A stretch of 64,000 nt of DNA from positions 832,001 through 896,000 of the forward strand of contig CBDCWC010000002.1 in the NCBI GenBank assembly GCA_965223295.1, in the 5' to 3' direction. Made by a program: the position numbers and the translations under genes. The stretch is from Nitrospirales bacterium (GTDB lineage: Bacteria > Nitrospirota > Nitrospiria > Nitrospirales > UBA8639). The notes under the pieces were generated by a model. That model had not been told where the DNA came from. It searched no databases and worked only from the letters and a program-made list of their open reading frames with translations. Below, one piece after another: positions 19,824 to 30,225 of this stretch. Positions within the stretch are counted from its first letter, which is position 1, and each line of letters begins with the position of its first letter.

Positions 19824-21191
19824 TTAGATGTTCGGACCTGACGAACCCGCAGGATAGGTCTTGAGTTCTACATGTCCCTTATTCCAAGCGGTGGTTATTG
19901 GATCCATAATCCGCCACATTTCCTCGACTTCATCATCTCGAACGAAAAGAGTCGAATCACCCTCAAACGCATCAAGGAAAAGGTGCCCATACGCCGGAAT
20001 CTCTTGCTTGGTGAGTGTAGTTTTCAATTCAAACTCTTCTAAATCAAAAGCTTCGCCGGGTCCATTGAAATTAACAGTAATGCTAATCCTGTCAGGATTG
20101 AGCTGCATGCGCAGCACATTAGCCGACGGACATATATCCGTTCCGAATGCCAAATGGGGAACATCTTTAAAATAAATAGCTATTTCCTGCCGGTCATGGT
20201 TCAAAGCTTTGCCGGACCTCAATGTAAACGGCACACCGGCCCATCGCCAGTTATCAATCCATAACGTGACTTGGGCAAAGGTTTCTGTGCCTCGCTGAGC
20301 ATCGACTCCCTCCTCGTCTACATACGCAGGAATGGCTTTACTTGCTATGGTACCAGCGCTATATCTGGCTCGCACTGTATATTGTTCCACTTCTTTGGGA
20401 CTCATTTGTCTAACGGCTCGCAGCAGATCGACTTTACGATCTCGAAAATCTCGGTCATGAAAAGAAATAGGTGGCTCCATGCCGATCAAGCAAAGGAGCT
20501 GAAGAAGGTGGTTTTGAATCATATCCAATAAAGCCCCCGACGTATCATAGTAAGACGCGCGACCTTCCAAGGCTAAGGTTTCGTCCCAAACAATCTCAAC
20601 CCTTTCGATGTGATGGTTATTCCAGCATGGCTCAAACAAACGATTGGCGAAACGAAACCCTAAAGTATTTTTCACCGTTTGTTTCCCTAAGAAGTGATCA
20701 ATGCGAAACACATTTTTTTCCGAAAAATCCTTCTTGAGAAGTTGATTGAGCTTTTGAGCTGTCTTCAGATCCTCTCCAAACGGCTTTTCTACGATTAGCC
20801 GACTTTCCTCATGAAGCTTTAGTTGACCAAGAGCTTTGATGGTTGGCACAAACACCGCCGGAGGTAAAGCCAGGAAAAAGAGGAAAGGGTCTGTCGAAGA
20901 TCCAAGTGCATGTTTAATCTGTTCGTGATCTCCCGTGTTTGCGATGTGTTTGTACTCAATTCGTGAGATGATCTGTTCCTCGCATTCTTTACTAAAATTT
21001 CCAGAATGACTTTTCAGCAGTTTTTGTGCGTACTCACGATACTCCGAAGTATTCCATTCTCTTCTTGATAGGGCCAAGATAGACAGATCGTCAGGTACGC
21101 GCTCTGCCTCAACCAAATGCATAAGTGCTGGCAAAAGATAGCGAGTCGTCAAATCACCGGATGCACCAAAGATGACCAATTGATGAATCAT
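19824..21191 (-). CDS. zwf: Glucose-6-phosphate 1-dehydrogenase
   Basis: IFGASGDL, VEKPFG, RIDHFLGK, DMIQNHLLQ, WRWAGVPF..RSGK. Confidence 0.95.
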   Translation of the reverse strand: MIHQLVIFGASGDLTTRYLLPALMHLVEAERVPDDLSILALSRREWNTSEYREYAQKLLKSHSGNFSKECEEQIISRIEYKHIANTGDHEQIKHALGSSTDPFLFFLALPPAVFVPTIKALGQLKLHEESRLIVEKPFGEDLKTAQKLNQLLKKDFSEKNVFRIDHFLGKQTVKNTLGFRFANRLFEPCWNNHHIERVEIVWDETLALEGRASYYDTSGALLDMIQNHLLQLLCLIGMEPPISFHDRDFRDRKVDLLRAVRQMSPKEVEQYTVRARYSAGTIASKAIPAYVDEEGVDAQRGTETFAQVTLWIDNWRWAGVPFTLRSGKALNHDRQEIAIYFKDVPHLAFGTDICPSANVLRMQLNPDRISITVNFNGPGEAFDLEEFELKTTLTKQEIPAYGHLFLDAFEGDSTLFVRDDEVEEMWRIMDPITTAWNKGHVELKTYPAGSSGPNI

Positions 21192-21225
21192 TTCGCGACT
21201 CCTCTAAAGTTGTAATCAATATGTA

Positions 21226-22586
21226 TCATGGTCGTGAGTTTGTCTGGCACTTTGGACTTGATAGCCTAAGAAGCAGCCATCCTCCAAATCCCGCTATCAA
21301 TGGAACCAGAAGAATTTCTGCCTTAGCCGCGGCAATGAGACTTGCATCCTGAAAAGCTAAATTGGCGATAAAAATAGACATCGTAAATCCAATACCTCCG
21401 AGCCAACCGACTCCATAAATTTGTCGCCATGTCACACCTTCGGGAAGGGTTCCCATACTCATGCGAACAGCCACCCAAGTAAAAAACGTGATCCCAAGTT
21501 GCTTTCCAAGCAGAAGACCAACCATAATTCCTATAGGCACGGAATGAGACAGCACATCAACAATATCATCCTTTATCACAATTCCTGCATTGGCCAAGGC
21601 AAATAGGGGGCATTACTATAAAGGCTACCCAAGGATTAAAAATATTTTCGAGACGTTGGAGTGGAGCCTGTACGAGTTCCCCACTGACTTTTACAGCTTC
21701 TGCGGCCTCAGCCTGTCCTACATTAGACAGTACGGGAGTATGGGCCGAACCTTTTTGCTTGAACACACTCAAAAATTTTTCAGCTTTTTGCGTAAATTCT
21801 CTTTGACGAATCTTCGACTTGGCAGGAATGGTCAAGGCGACAAGGACACCAGCAACGGCAGCGTGAATGCCAGATAATAAAAAGGCAAGCCAAACTCCTC
21901 CAATGCCTAAAAAGGCATACACAAGAGAATATCGAATACCAAGGACATTGGCGCCAAAGAGACAGAGTAGACTCAAACCAGCCACAGCGAGAGGAGCTAC
22001 CACAATATGGTCTGAATAAACCAAGGCAATAATGACTATCGCCCCTAAATCATCCACGATAGTAAATCCCACGAGAAAAACTTTCAGGCCAAGAGGAATC
22101 CTGTTAAAAGGGCCAAAATCCCCAGTGCAAAGGCTATATCCGTGGCCATAGGAATGCCCCAGCCTGCTTCACCAAGATGGCCATAGTTAAAATAAAGATA
22201 GAAGCCAGCAGGAACGATCATTCCACCAAACGCCGCAGCGAGAGGTAACACCATCTGGCGAGGCTCTGAAAGTTCACCAACCAATATTTCCTGTTTAATT
22301 TCCAACCCACCACAAAGAAAAATACAGCCATGAGGCCGTCGTGAATCCACTTGAGTAATGGTTTTACTAGGATGGCTTCTCCAATCCCAATAACGACGGA
22401 GGTTTGCCACAATGTGAAATACGTATCTGTGAATGGAGAATTGGCCCACACCAAGGCGATGACGGTCATGAAACCTAACAGGATCCCACTGCTGGCTTCG
22501 TATTGAATGAAACGATTGAACGGCGAAAATACCGTTTCAATTGGAGGTTCGTCTGCAGACTCCTTGGCCTTTTTAATAAGATTCAT
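21226..22586 (-). pseudogene. nhaA: Na+/H+ antiporter NhaA with three frameshifts
   Basis: Four ORF pieces join into Nha[80 protein letters not shown]. Shifts near 22305, 22105 and 21608. Confidence 0.88.
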
Positions 22587-22931
22587 GGCTTACATTATTG
22601 CTCTGTTAGGAAAATTGTGATGTATGCCGTTGCTTCGGAGTAGATGATAATACAGTCCTCGGTCACAATATACTGTACAAAACTCAGAGTAAGAGATGGA
22701 TTTATATTCCAGAAAAAAGGAAGGAAAACTTATTCAACTAAAGCATCATAAAGCTCAAAAAATGATATTTCTTAAAAAGGTTTAGTTTTGTCGCTGTTTT
22801 TTTACCACACACTACACCACGGCAAATGTTTTTATGAAAACTTTTGCACTCACCATATACATTATTGAGTTTATTCAAAATTATTGCAGTAAATACAATT
22901 TGACCTTCAAGAAGGTGATCGCATACCCAGT

Positions 22932-23680
22932 ATGGATCCTACAGTAGAGAAGCTCATTGAAAGTAAAAATTTGATAGGCTTGGCGAGTCACTTGAAAGGT
23001 CTCCCGGCACCGGAAATAGCAGACCTACTCACCAACTTTTCGGATGTTCATTACGCAGAAATTTACCAAAACCTTCCTTTCGGAAAACAGGTAGAGACGT
23101 TCTCACATTCAGATAAAGAAAAACAAAAAACTTTAGCTATTGAACTCACCGACCAAGAAGCGGCGACACTTTTATCAAACCTTTGTCATGAAGACCGGAC
23201 TCGTTTCTTAGAGAACCTACCGAGTGAAACAAGGGATAAATTTCTTCACTTGCTAAGTCATGAAAATTCAACCACTTCACGTCAATTGTTGAGTTTTCCT
23301 ATCGAAAGTGTTGGACGGCATATGACGCCAGATTTCATCACGGTTCTACCGGACTGGACCATTGAAAATGGCCTTAGCACATATTCGTATCAAAGGACAG
23401 GAAACAGAAATGGTGGGCACGATTTATGTCACAACGGAAGATGGCACACTCGTCGATGCACTTGAATTAGAGGAATTTATACTAGGAAATCCCTCTGACC
23501 ACATTCACCAAATTATGGATCATTTATTTGTGACACTCTCACCAGAAGATGATCGAGAGGAGGCGGTACGAAAAATCCAAAAATACGATCTTTATGCAAT
23601 TCCGGTTATCGATGAGCAACATCACCTAGTAGGCGCTATCACAGCAGAAGAGATTACTGAAGATTTTCATAAAGGGGCAT
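22932..23680 (+). pseudogene. mgtE: Mg2+ transporter MgtE, N-terminal/CBS part; frameshifted and truncated
   Basis: MgtE-N and CBS motifs (ESVGRHMTPDF, DDREEAVRKIQKYDLYAIPVID, EEITEDFHKGAS). Extra A near 23365. Its continuation lies inverted in 23681..23917; the membrane domain is absent. Confidence 0.85.
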
Positions 23681-24269
23681 CGGACATTTATTCGTATGCG
23701 TCAGATGTTGGCGACTCACAAAGACTTGGCTCGTAAGGTTGAGAAACACAATAAAGAAATTGCTGCCTAGTATGACTACCTGCGAGAGCTACTAGAACCT
23801 CCTAAATCTTCCAAGCGACGGATTGGTTATGTTCAGCAGTAAGAACATGACGAACCCTTTTTCGATAAAGAAACCAAATTGTTGACTCTTGATGGGTTGT
23901 GGTAAGCGGATCAACAGCATAATACTGATATTGACTTCGATGGCTTTTTCACTGTGGAGCACACTCGACAGCATGGCACCCAGGTTCGGTAAAGGCTAAA
24001 GGAGGTTTTCTCAGCCCCATTTTTAAAGAAGAATTGGATATCATAATTTGTGATTTCCAATTTTCCAGCTCCTCCTTCGTCAATTAAAACATAAAATCTT
24101 TCGGAAATCGTTGAACATTGCGATTGACAGCCTGATTGAGTGCTCTGGTTTCTACTCCATATAAATCGGCTAAATCCCAGTCGAGCATCACTTTTTTACC
24201 ACGGATCAGGTAAATCGCACTCGCGATACGTTCAACTGGGATCACAGATTTAGAACTTTTCTTGGACAT
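23681..24269 (-). pseudogene. ORF6N-domain DNA-binding protein with internal stops; its 3' third is inverted onto the + strand
   Basis: Minus strand: [46 protein letters not shown]...AFTE..AMLSSVL.SEKAIEVNISIM. Plus strand from 23681: RTFIRMRQMLATHKDLARKVEKHNKEIAA*YDYLRELLEPPKSSKRRIGY. Confidence 0.85.
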
Positions 24270-24874
24270 GATCCGCCTCTACGCATCCTCGAAAGAACAA
24301 CTAAGATGACCAGTATACGTATTACGCTACCACTCCAGGGAACATCAGAGAGCCCTCAGCCAATCGCTCGTCGAAGGTGGGCTCGCCCCCTCCTGCTCGC
24401 AACAGCGCGTGTGCCTTGATGTTGTAAGGAGACTAGCGAAAGCACAAAGAGAGAACTAACATCGAAACACACACACAAAGCTGAACACGTCCTCCTCGAG
24501 ATCACCGTGTCCATCAAGTTTGCCCAGTGTTTCTGCGCGCCCGTGTTGTGCCTATGGTTGTGCCCGCGAGCACTCTCATTTAACACATCATCACCCAAAC
24601 ACACTAGAAAACTCCTCGAAAACGTAATAGTTTCCACGAGGTTATATAAACGGCTTGAAATTGAAAGCCGGCACTTCGGGAACCCGTTTTTGTCGGTATT
24701 TTCTCATTCCTGCTGCAACCTACCTCTCTTCAGCTCACTCCGTTCTTAGATCGTAATATAGAAATATGGGATAGCATTAAACCTTTACATAACTAACCCC
24801 CGACGACACACGGTTGAGAAGAAAAGGCTCATGGGGAGGATTCATTTCATCACTCACAATAAAGGAACGGCATC

Positions 24875-25081
24875 ATGACAACTGACATCAGAAAAAACCA
24901 GAGGAAGAGATTGGCAAGCGGGGAAAATCTCCATGACCAGCGGTCGCTCAATATCAAGGAGACGGCAGCCTACACGGGCCCCCCTGTCCAAACGATCTAC
25001 ACCATGGTCTCCCAACGACGGATTCTTTACGTCAAAGTCGAGCGCCTCACAAAATTCGATCGAACCCTTCTGGATAAGTGA
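24875..25081 (+). pseudogene. Excisionase-like HTH protein, probably degenerate
   Basis: LNIKETAAYTG..VQTIYTMVSQRRI.YVKV.RLTKFDR..LDK* stops where W is usual; it lies about 220 bp from the broken tRNA-Pro. Confidence 0.7.
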
Positions 25082-25305
25082 CTCCGTGACCATGCGGTGC
25101 TTCTCATGTCCCACACATCGTGAAAACCGTCGTCGACCATGGGGGTCGCAATCGAGCGTCAGAATCTAGGGTTACATAGGTGTTAGAAAAAGCGCGAAAT
25201 GAGGACAAAACCAGGCAAGAGTTAGCTAACAGAAGCAAATAATGGTAAAGTGGTGATTCGCCAATGGTGATAAGGGTTTATGCGTCTTATTGTTAACTTA
25301 CGCGA

Positions 25306-25344
25306 TCCCAAAGCAGGCGCGCTACCGGGCTGCGCTACGCCCCG
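25306..25344 (-). tRNA. tRNA-Pro(TGG) 5' half only (39 nt), ending at the anticodon loop; probable att junction
   Basis: CGGGGCG TA GCGC AGCCCGGTA GCGC G CCTGC TTTGGGA is followed by TCGCG instead of the required GCAGG. No T-arm or acceptor 3' strand follows. Confidence 0.88.
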
Positions 25345-25964
25345 ACAGATGATGTGAAACCAAACTGATGTATTAAAAGATCTTTGGCCAACCGCAAGGC
25401 TTGCCCACGGTGGCTAATGGCACTTTTCTCAGCCATGGTCATTTCGGCCAAGGTTTTCTGGGCCTCTGGAACATAGAATACTGGATCATACCCGAAACCA
25501 TGGCTCCCGTAAAACTTATCGGCAATTTCGCCCTGCAACACCCCTTCAACAAGTTCGGTATTGCCGTCGGGATCAGAGAGAACGATGACCGTGAGAAATC
25601 GAGCCGCACGTTGACCGGCAGGAATACTCTGAAGTTCTTGTAATAGTTTTTTACAATTGTCTTGATAGGTGGCAGATTCTCCAGCATAACGTGCCGCATA
25701 CACACCTGGGCGCCCCTCTAACGCTTCAACTTCTAAGCCCGTATCATCAGCCAAGGCCCAATGGCCAGTTCTCTCTGCCGTTTCTCTAGCTTTTTTGACC
25801 GCATTTTCCTGACAAGTCTTGCCATCCTCGACAACTTCCGGCAAATCGGGAAAAGCCTCAAGTGAGAGAAAGGTGATGGGTAACTCCGTCAGCAATGCAC
25901 AGATTTCCTCCACCTTATGCTGATTTCTTGTCGCCAGCACCACGGTCTTCATCTCCACATTCAA
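25335..25964 (-). CDS. rdgB: Non-canonical purine NTP pyrophosphatase (RdgB/HAM1)
   Basis: LATRNQHKVEE, ADDTGLEV.AL.G.PGVYAARY, GFGYDPVF, KSAISHRG. The stop codon lies inside the tRNA-Pro 5' end. Confidence 0.95.
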   Translation of the reverse strand: MNVEMKTVVLATRNQHKVEEICALLTELPITFLSLEAFPDLPEVVEDGKTCQENAVKKARETAERTGHWALADDTGLEVEALEGRPGVYAARYAGESATYQDNCKKLLQELQSIPAGQRAARFLTVIVLSDPDGNTELVEGVLQGEIADKFYGSHGFGYDPVFYVPEAQKTLAEMTMAEKSAISHRGQALRLAKDLLIHQFGFTSSVGA

Positions 25965-26726
25965 TTAATTCAGGCTCCCTACCAACTCTTTTTGAAGCTT
26001 GACCAAATCTTGAATTCCGCTCCAACCTAAGGCCACAAATTCATCCATATCTTCTTTTGAAAAGGGTGCATGCTCGGCCGTACCCTGCACTTCAACCATG
26101 CGTCCGTTGCCAGTCATAACCAGATTCATATCCACATCCGCTTGCGAGTCTTCTTCATACGCCAAATCCAACCGAACTTCGCCCGCAACCTTTCCAACAC
26201 TAATGGCAGCCAAATAATCCAACAAAGGACATTGCTTAATGCGGTTTTTGGCTTTCAACATAGCAAAAGCATCAGCTAACGCGATAAACGATCCAGTAAT
26301 TGAGGCCGTTCGCGTGCCTCCATCAGCCTGAATCACATCACAATCAATCCATACAGTCCGTTCTCCCATTTGATGCATATCCGTCACAGCCCGAAGCGCC
26401 CGCCCTACTAACCGTTGAATTTCCAATGTTCGCCCGCCCTGTTTACCCTTGCTCGCTTCTCGAGACATCCGATCATGCGTTGATCGAGGAAGCATCCCAT
26501 ATTCCGCGGTAATCCACCCTTGTCCCTTATCGCGCAAAAATGGTGGAACTTTTTCTTCAACAGAAGCCGTACAGACCACTTTCGTTTCGCCCATTTCAAT
26601 GAGGACCGAGCCTTCTGCATATTTCGTAAAAGGACGCGTGATCTTGATCGGACGAAGATCTCGTGGGCCTCGATTATCAGTCCTGACAATTTCAGATGGT
26701 AACAAGGTCATTCCTTTCAGAGACAA
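25965..26726 (-). CDS. rph: Ribonuclease PH
   Basis: [60 protein letters not shown]. True start likely slightly downstream. Confidence 0.97.
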   Translation of the reverse strand: MSLKGMTLLPSEIVRTDNRGPRDLRPIKITRPFTKYAEGSVLIEMGETKVVCTASVEEKVPPFLRDKGQGWITAEYGMLPRSTHDRMSREASKGKQGGRTLEIQRLVGRALRAVTDMHQMGERTVWIDCDVIQADGGTRTASITGSFIALADAFAMLKAKNRIKQCPLLDYLAAISVGKVAGEVRLDLAYEEDSQADVDMNLVMTGNGRMVEVQGTAEHAPFSKEDMDEFVALGWSGIQDLVKLQKELVGSLN

Positions 26727-26861
26727 TCAGTAAAAAATGGAGATGAATTATAGAGAGCACTTTCCCAAAAAACAACATGAATACCCATGAGTTTAAATAC
26801 CAGAATTCCTTCAGCCCCACACCGCCACAGCTCTCCTAACCTGTAAAACTCCGACCTGCTT

Positions 26862-26972
26862 TCACCTTGGCTTTTGACGCCTTTGAATCACTCGTTTGGC
26901 AAAAAGTAACCCCACAATTAGAACAACAATAAAAACAATAAATTCTGTCTCATAAGGAAAATTATACGGCAT
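26862..26972 (-). CDS. Small single-TM protein, 36 aa
   Basis: MPYNFPYETEFIVFIVVLIVGLLFAKRVIQRRQKPR: one TM helix followed by a basic tail. Confidence 0.5.
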   Translation of the reverse strand: MPYNFPYETEFIVFIVVLIVGLLFAKRVIQRRQKPR

Positions 26973-27068
26973 TGTCTCAGAAAGCACTGAAAACACTACA
27001 AGGACGCGCACAGATTCATTGACTGCTAAAGATGCCCATGATAAATTCGAATTCCTTCCGACGCAACC

Positions 27069-28352
27069 ATGCACGATCCCCGCTTACTCTATGACAGCCG
27101 TGACTCCCTTCGTGAGCAACTAGGTCCGCGAGGCACAGATGTGCCCTGGGACACCATTCAATCTCTTTCCGAGAAACGCCGCGCTCTAATTCGACAAATC
27201 GAAGACCTGCGTCACCAACTCAAGCAGGGATCCGACCAAATAGCCCAATTAAAACGAAATAAACAACCAGCAGAAGAACCCATGGCTCGGCTGAGGCAAA
27301 CGCGGGAAGAAATTCAAACTTTGGAGGGCACATTACGCAACGTGGAGGACCCGCTGCGAGATCAGGCACTTACGATTCCCAATTTGCCCCATCAATCGGT
27401 TCCCAATGGCACGGATGAGCAAGCCAATCAGGAAATCCGTCGTTGGGGTGAACCACCAGCCTTTACCTTCACGCCACGCTCACATCACGACCTTGGGGAA
27501 AAATTGGGCATTCTTGATTTTCCACGTGCCACTAAAATTTCCGGAGCTCGTTTTTCCATTGGCATAGGCCTAGGCGCACAACTGGAACGAGCTCTAGCTA
27601 ATTTTATGTTAGATGTCCATACCCAAGAACATGGGTATACTGAGGTTTTGCCTCCAGTCATTGTAAACCGCTCAAGCATGACAGGGACCGGACAATTACC
27701 AAAATTTGAAGAAGATGCTTTTCATTTACAGACCGAAGACTTCTTTCTCATCCCTACAGCCGAGGTCCCGGTCACCAATTTTTATCGTGACGACATCCTG
27801 CAATCTGACCAATTGCCTATTCGTTATGTCGCTCATTCATCCTGCTTCAGGCGGGAAGCCGGTTCCTATGGGAAAGACACGCAAGGCTTAATCAGAGTGC
27901 ATCAGTTTCAAAAAGTGGAACTCGTTAACTTTGTCTATCCAGATCAATCCTATGACGAATTGGAACGGTTAACCAACGCCGCAGAAACGATTTTACAAAA
28001 ACTCCAATTGCCTTATCGCGTCATGGCCCTATGCACAGGAGATCTAGGATTTTCAGCCGCTAAAACCTATGATTTGGAAGTCTGGCTTCCATCCCAAAAA
28101 CGTTATCGAGAAATTTCGTCCTGTAGTAACTTTGAAGCATTCCAGGCCAGACGCGCGAATATTCGGTTCCGTTCTAAGAAAGAAAAACCCCAGTTTGTCC
28201 ATACACTCAATGGCTCAGGACTGGCTGTTGGCCGAACAGTCGTCGCTATCCTCGAAAACTACCAACAAGCCGACGGATCGGTTACAATTCCTGAAATACT
28301 GCAACCCTATCTGCATGGAGTTACAAGCATCAAACCCTCAAGCCAACGATAA
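27069..28352 (+). CDS. serS: Serine--tRNA ligase
   Basis: [63 protein letters not shown]. Confidence 0.98.
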   Translation: MHDPRLLYDSRDSLREQLGPRGTDVPWDTIQSLSEKRRALIRQIEDLRHQLKQGSDQIAQLKRNKQPAEEPMARLRQTREEIQTLEGTLRNVEDPLRDQALTIPNLPHQSVPNGTDEQANQEIRRWGEPPAFTFTPRSHHDLGEKLGILDFPRATKISGARFSIGIGLGAQLERALANFMLDVHTQEHGYTEVLPPVIVNRSSMTGTGQLPKFEEDAFHLQTEDFFLIPTAEVPVTNFYRDDILQSDQLPIRYVAHSSCFRREAGSYGKDTQGLIRVHQFQKVELVNFVYPDQSYDELERLTNAAETILQKLQLPYRVMALCTGDLGFSAAKTYDLEVWLPSQKRYREISSCSNFEAFQARRANIRFRSKKEKPQFVHTLNGSGLAVGRTVVAILENYQQADGSVTIPEILQPYLHGVTSIKPSSQR

Positions 28353-28379
28353 TCAAACCATTTACCATCAGAGATCTTT

Positions 28380-28467
28380 GGAGGGGTGCTAGAGTGGTCG
28401 AATAGACCGGTCTTGAAAACCGGCGTGGTGCAAGCCACCGTGGGTTCGAATCCCACCCCCTCCGCCA
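28380..28467 (+). tRNA. tRNA-Ser(TGA), 88 nt, CCA encoded
   Basis: GGAGGGG...CCGGT CTTGAAA ACCGG, long variable arm, GTGGGTTCGAATCCCAC CCCCTCC GCCA. Confidence 0.97.
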
Positions 28468-29615
28468 TATTTTTCAATAGGTTGCGAAGACCTCTTCTCC
28501 CAATCCCAATCTGACAACCTACCGAGTGTAACCGTATTTGTAACCTTTTGCCTCGCAAAGAATTGATTCTGCTGTTCTGCCGCTCTCTTTAAGTCTGCTT
28601 CACTTGTAATGTTATAGCGGTCAAACACTGACCGCGTCTTATGTCCTGAAATTTTCATTGCCACCGTTTCAGGCACCCCGGCCCTTACCAAATTCCTAAC
28701 CCCTGTTCGCCGAAGGTCGTGAAAGGTTTTGCCTACTAGACCAACTCTCTCACAAGCCGCTTTCCACCCTTGCTGTAACTGAGAAAAGGATTTCCCATTA
28801 TGATGACACACATACGAACACTCTGGAAATTTCTGATCACGAAACTTTTTCGCTTCAACCAAAACATGATAAAGATCATCTGCCATAAAAATGACGCGAG
28901 GCGTTTTGGTTTTAGTTTGATTGGAGGATAATCTGATACATTGATCTTGAAAATCAACTTGATCCCACCTTAATCCATTTTCTCCGATAATTTCTCGAAG
29001 GCGCATTCCCGAATAGTAACCGATAGTCAATGGAATCTGGATATGAAATGGTGAAACCTCTCGCAGGGCAAGAAACTCTTCGTGAGTAAAGAAACCCTCT
29101 CGAACATTAGTTTCCGTCAATTTTGGGAAGTGGGGTAACCGCCCAACTTTTGCAGGAGTCTCACGAGATCCTAGAACCATCATCCGATGCAGACAATCCA
29201 ATTCCCTATTGATCGTGGCATTCGCCGCTCCTTCCTTTAATCGCATCGAGATGTACACCCCCAACTTCTCACTTGAGATGGCACAGATACGAATCCCTCC
29301 AAAACTCTTACGTAGATGCTTGATGTGTTCTACACGCCTTCCCCAGGTTTTCCTCCCCTTCAATTCATATTCTTGTTGAAGCAGTAGGACCAAATCCTCA
29401 AAGCGCGTTCTATTGACCACTGGCCCCTCTCGTTGCCCTTCGAGGACTTTGGCTTCTGCCTTGCGCAAGACAGCTTTAGCCTCTCGCTTCTCATACTTTC
29501 TGGTACTCTGGGCGACAGGATGTCCGTTATCATAATACTTCATCCACCAAGGCCCGGTTTCTATCCGCTCTCCCGTCTTGGGGTCCGTTTTCTTGCGACG
29601 ATATAACATGCCCAT
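28389..29615 (-). CDS. Tyrosine recombinase/phage integrase; C-terminus encoded antisense to tRNA-Ser
   Basis: ATINREL, YSGMRLREI, TKTKTPR, FHDLRRT, ISGHKT.SVFDRY catalytic residues. Confidence 0.95.
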   Translation of the reverse strand: MGMLYRRKKTDPKTGERIETGPWWMKYYDNGHPVAQSTRKYEKREAKAVLRKAEAKVLEGQREGPVVNRTRFEDLVLLLQQEYELKGRKTWGRRVEHIKHLRKSFGGIRICAISSEKLGVYISMRLKEGAANATINRELDCLHRMMVLGSRETPAKVGRLPHFPKLTETNVREGFFTHEEFLALREVSPFHIQIPLTIGYYSGMRLREIIGENGLRWDQVDFQDQCIRLSSNQTKTKTPRVIFMADDLYHVLVEAKKFRDQKFPECSYVCHHNGKSFSQLQQGWKAACERVGLVGKTFHDLRRTGVRNLVRAGVPETVAMKISGHKTRSVFDRYNITSEADLKRAAEQQNQFFARQKVTNTVTLGRLSDWDWEKRSSQPIEKYGGGGGIRTHGGLHHAGFQDRSIRPL

Positions 29616-29631
29616 ATCCTCTGCCCTTTCC

Positions 29632-29820
29632 TTATGAATCCAGCAAATCCTTCATCGGTACCTTAAGTGCCTCCGCCAGTTTCTTCAAGGTTGAAAGTCT
29701 CGGATCAAACACGCCCGTTTCAATGCGGGCGATCGTAATATGTCCCACATCTGCTAGTTGAGCCAAGGCTCGTTGAGACAGGCCCTGCTGCTTGCGAATG
29801 TGAGTGAGTCGAGTCAACAT
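29632..29820 (-). CDS. XRE-family HTH regulator
   Basis: LTHIRKQQGLSQRALAQLADV..ITIARIETG..DPRLSTLKKLAEALKV. Start placed at ATG 29820. Confidence 0.88.
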   Translation of the reverse strand: MLTRLTHIRKQQGLSQRALAQLADVGHITIARIETGVFDPRLSTLKKLAEALKVPMKDLLDS

Positions 29821-29862
29821 GCTATCATTTAAGATAGCAACATTTCTCAGCCTTATCAAGGG

Positions 29863-30081
29863 TTAATTGGTCTCCGTAATTTTATTGTGGTCGATAAAGC
29901 TATCCATATCTCGTACATCCAGATGAACCCGTTTCCCAACCCGGACAGCCGGAATATCCCCACTCCAGATCAAGTGCCGAACAGACCACACTGAACGGCC
30001 AAGATAGATGCCCGCCTCAGGAATGGTATACAAGCGCTTAGAAATGGGGTCATTGCGTGTCATGATCTTATCCGAATTCAA
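29863..30081 (-). CDS. Excisionase-like HTH (Xis/AlpA-type) protein
   Basis: RLYTIPEAGIYLGRSVWSVRHLIWSGDIPAVRVGKRVHLD..DMDSFI. Confidence 0.88.
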   Translation of the reverse strand: MNSDKIMTRNDPISKRLYTIPEAGIYLGRSVWSVRHLIWSGDIPAVRVGKRVHLDVRDMDSFIDHNKITETN

Positions 30082-30225
30082 TTAGGTATCTGCTCATGCT
30101 CAGTTATTAGGGGACTCCTCCCATACCTTTCACTGGCCAATCACTGAAGGGCTGAGGTCCCTCCTCCTGTAGGTCGTCGATCGTTCATAGTCTGAATCTT
30201 CTGTAGAATCGAGAGTGTTGCGTAC

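Noticed and set aside
25141-25305. Group I intron interrupting tRNA-Pro
   Set aside because: No recognisable intron core and no downstream 3' exon; the flank looks like an att arm next to an xis remnant.
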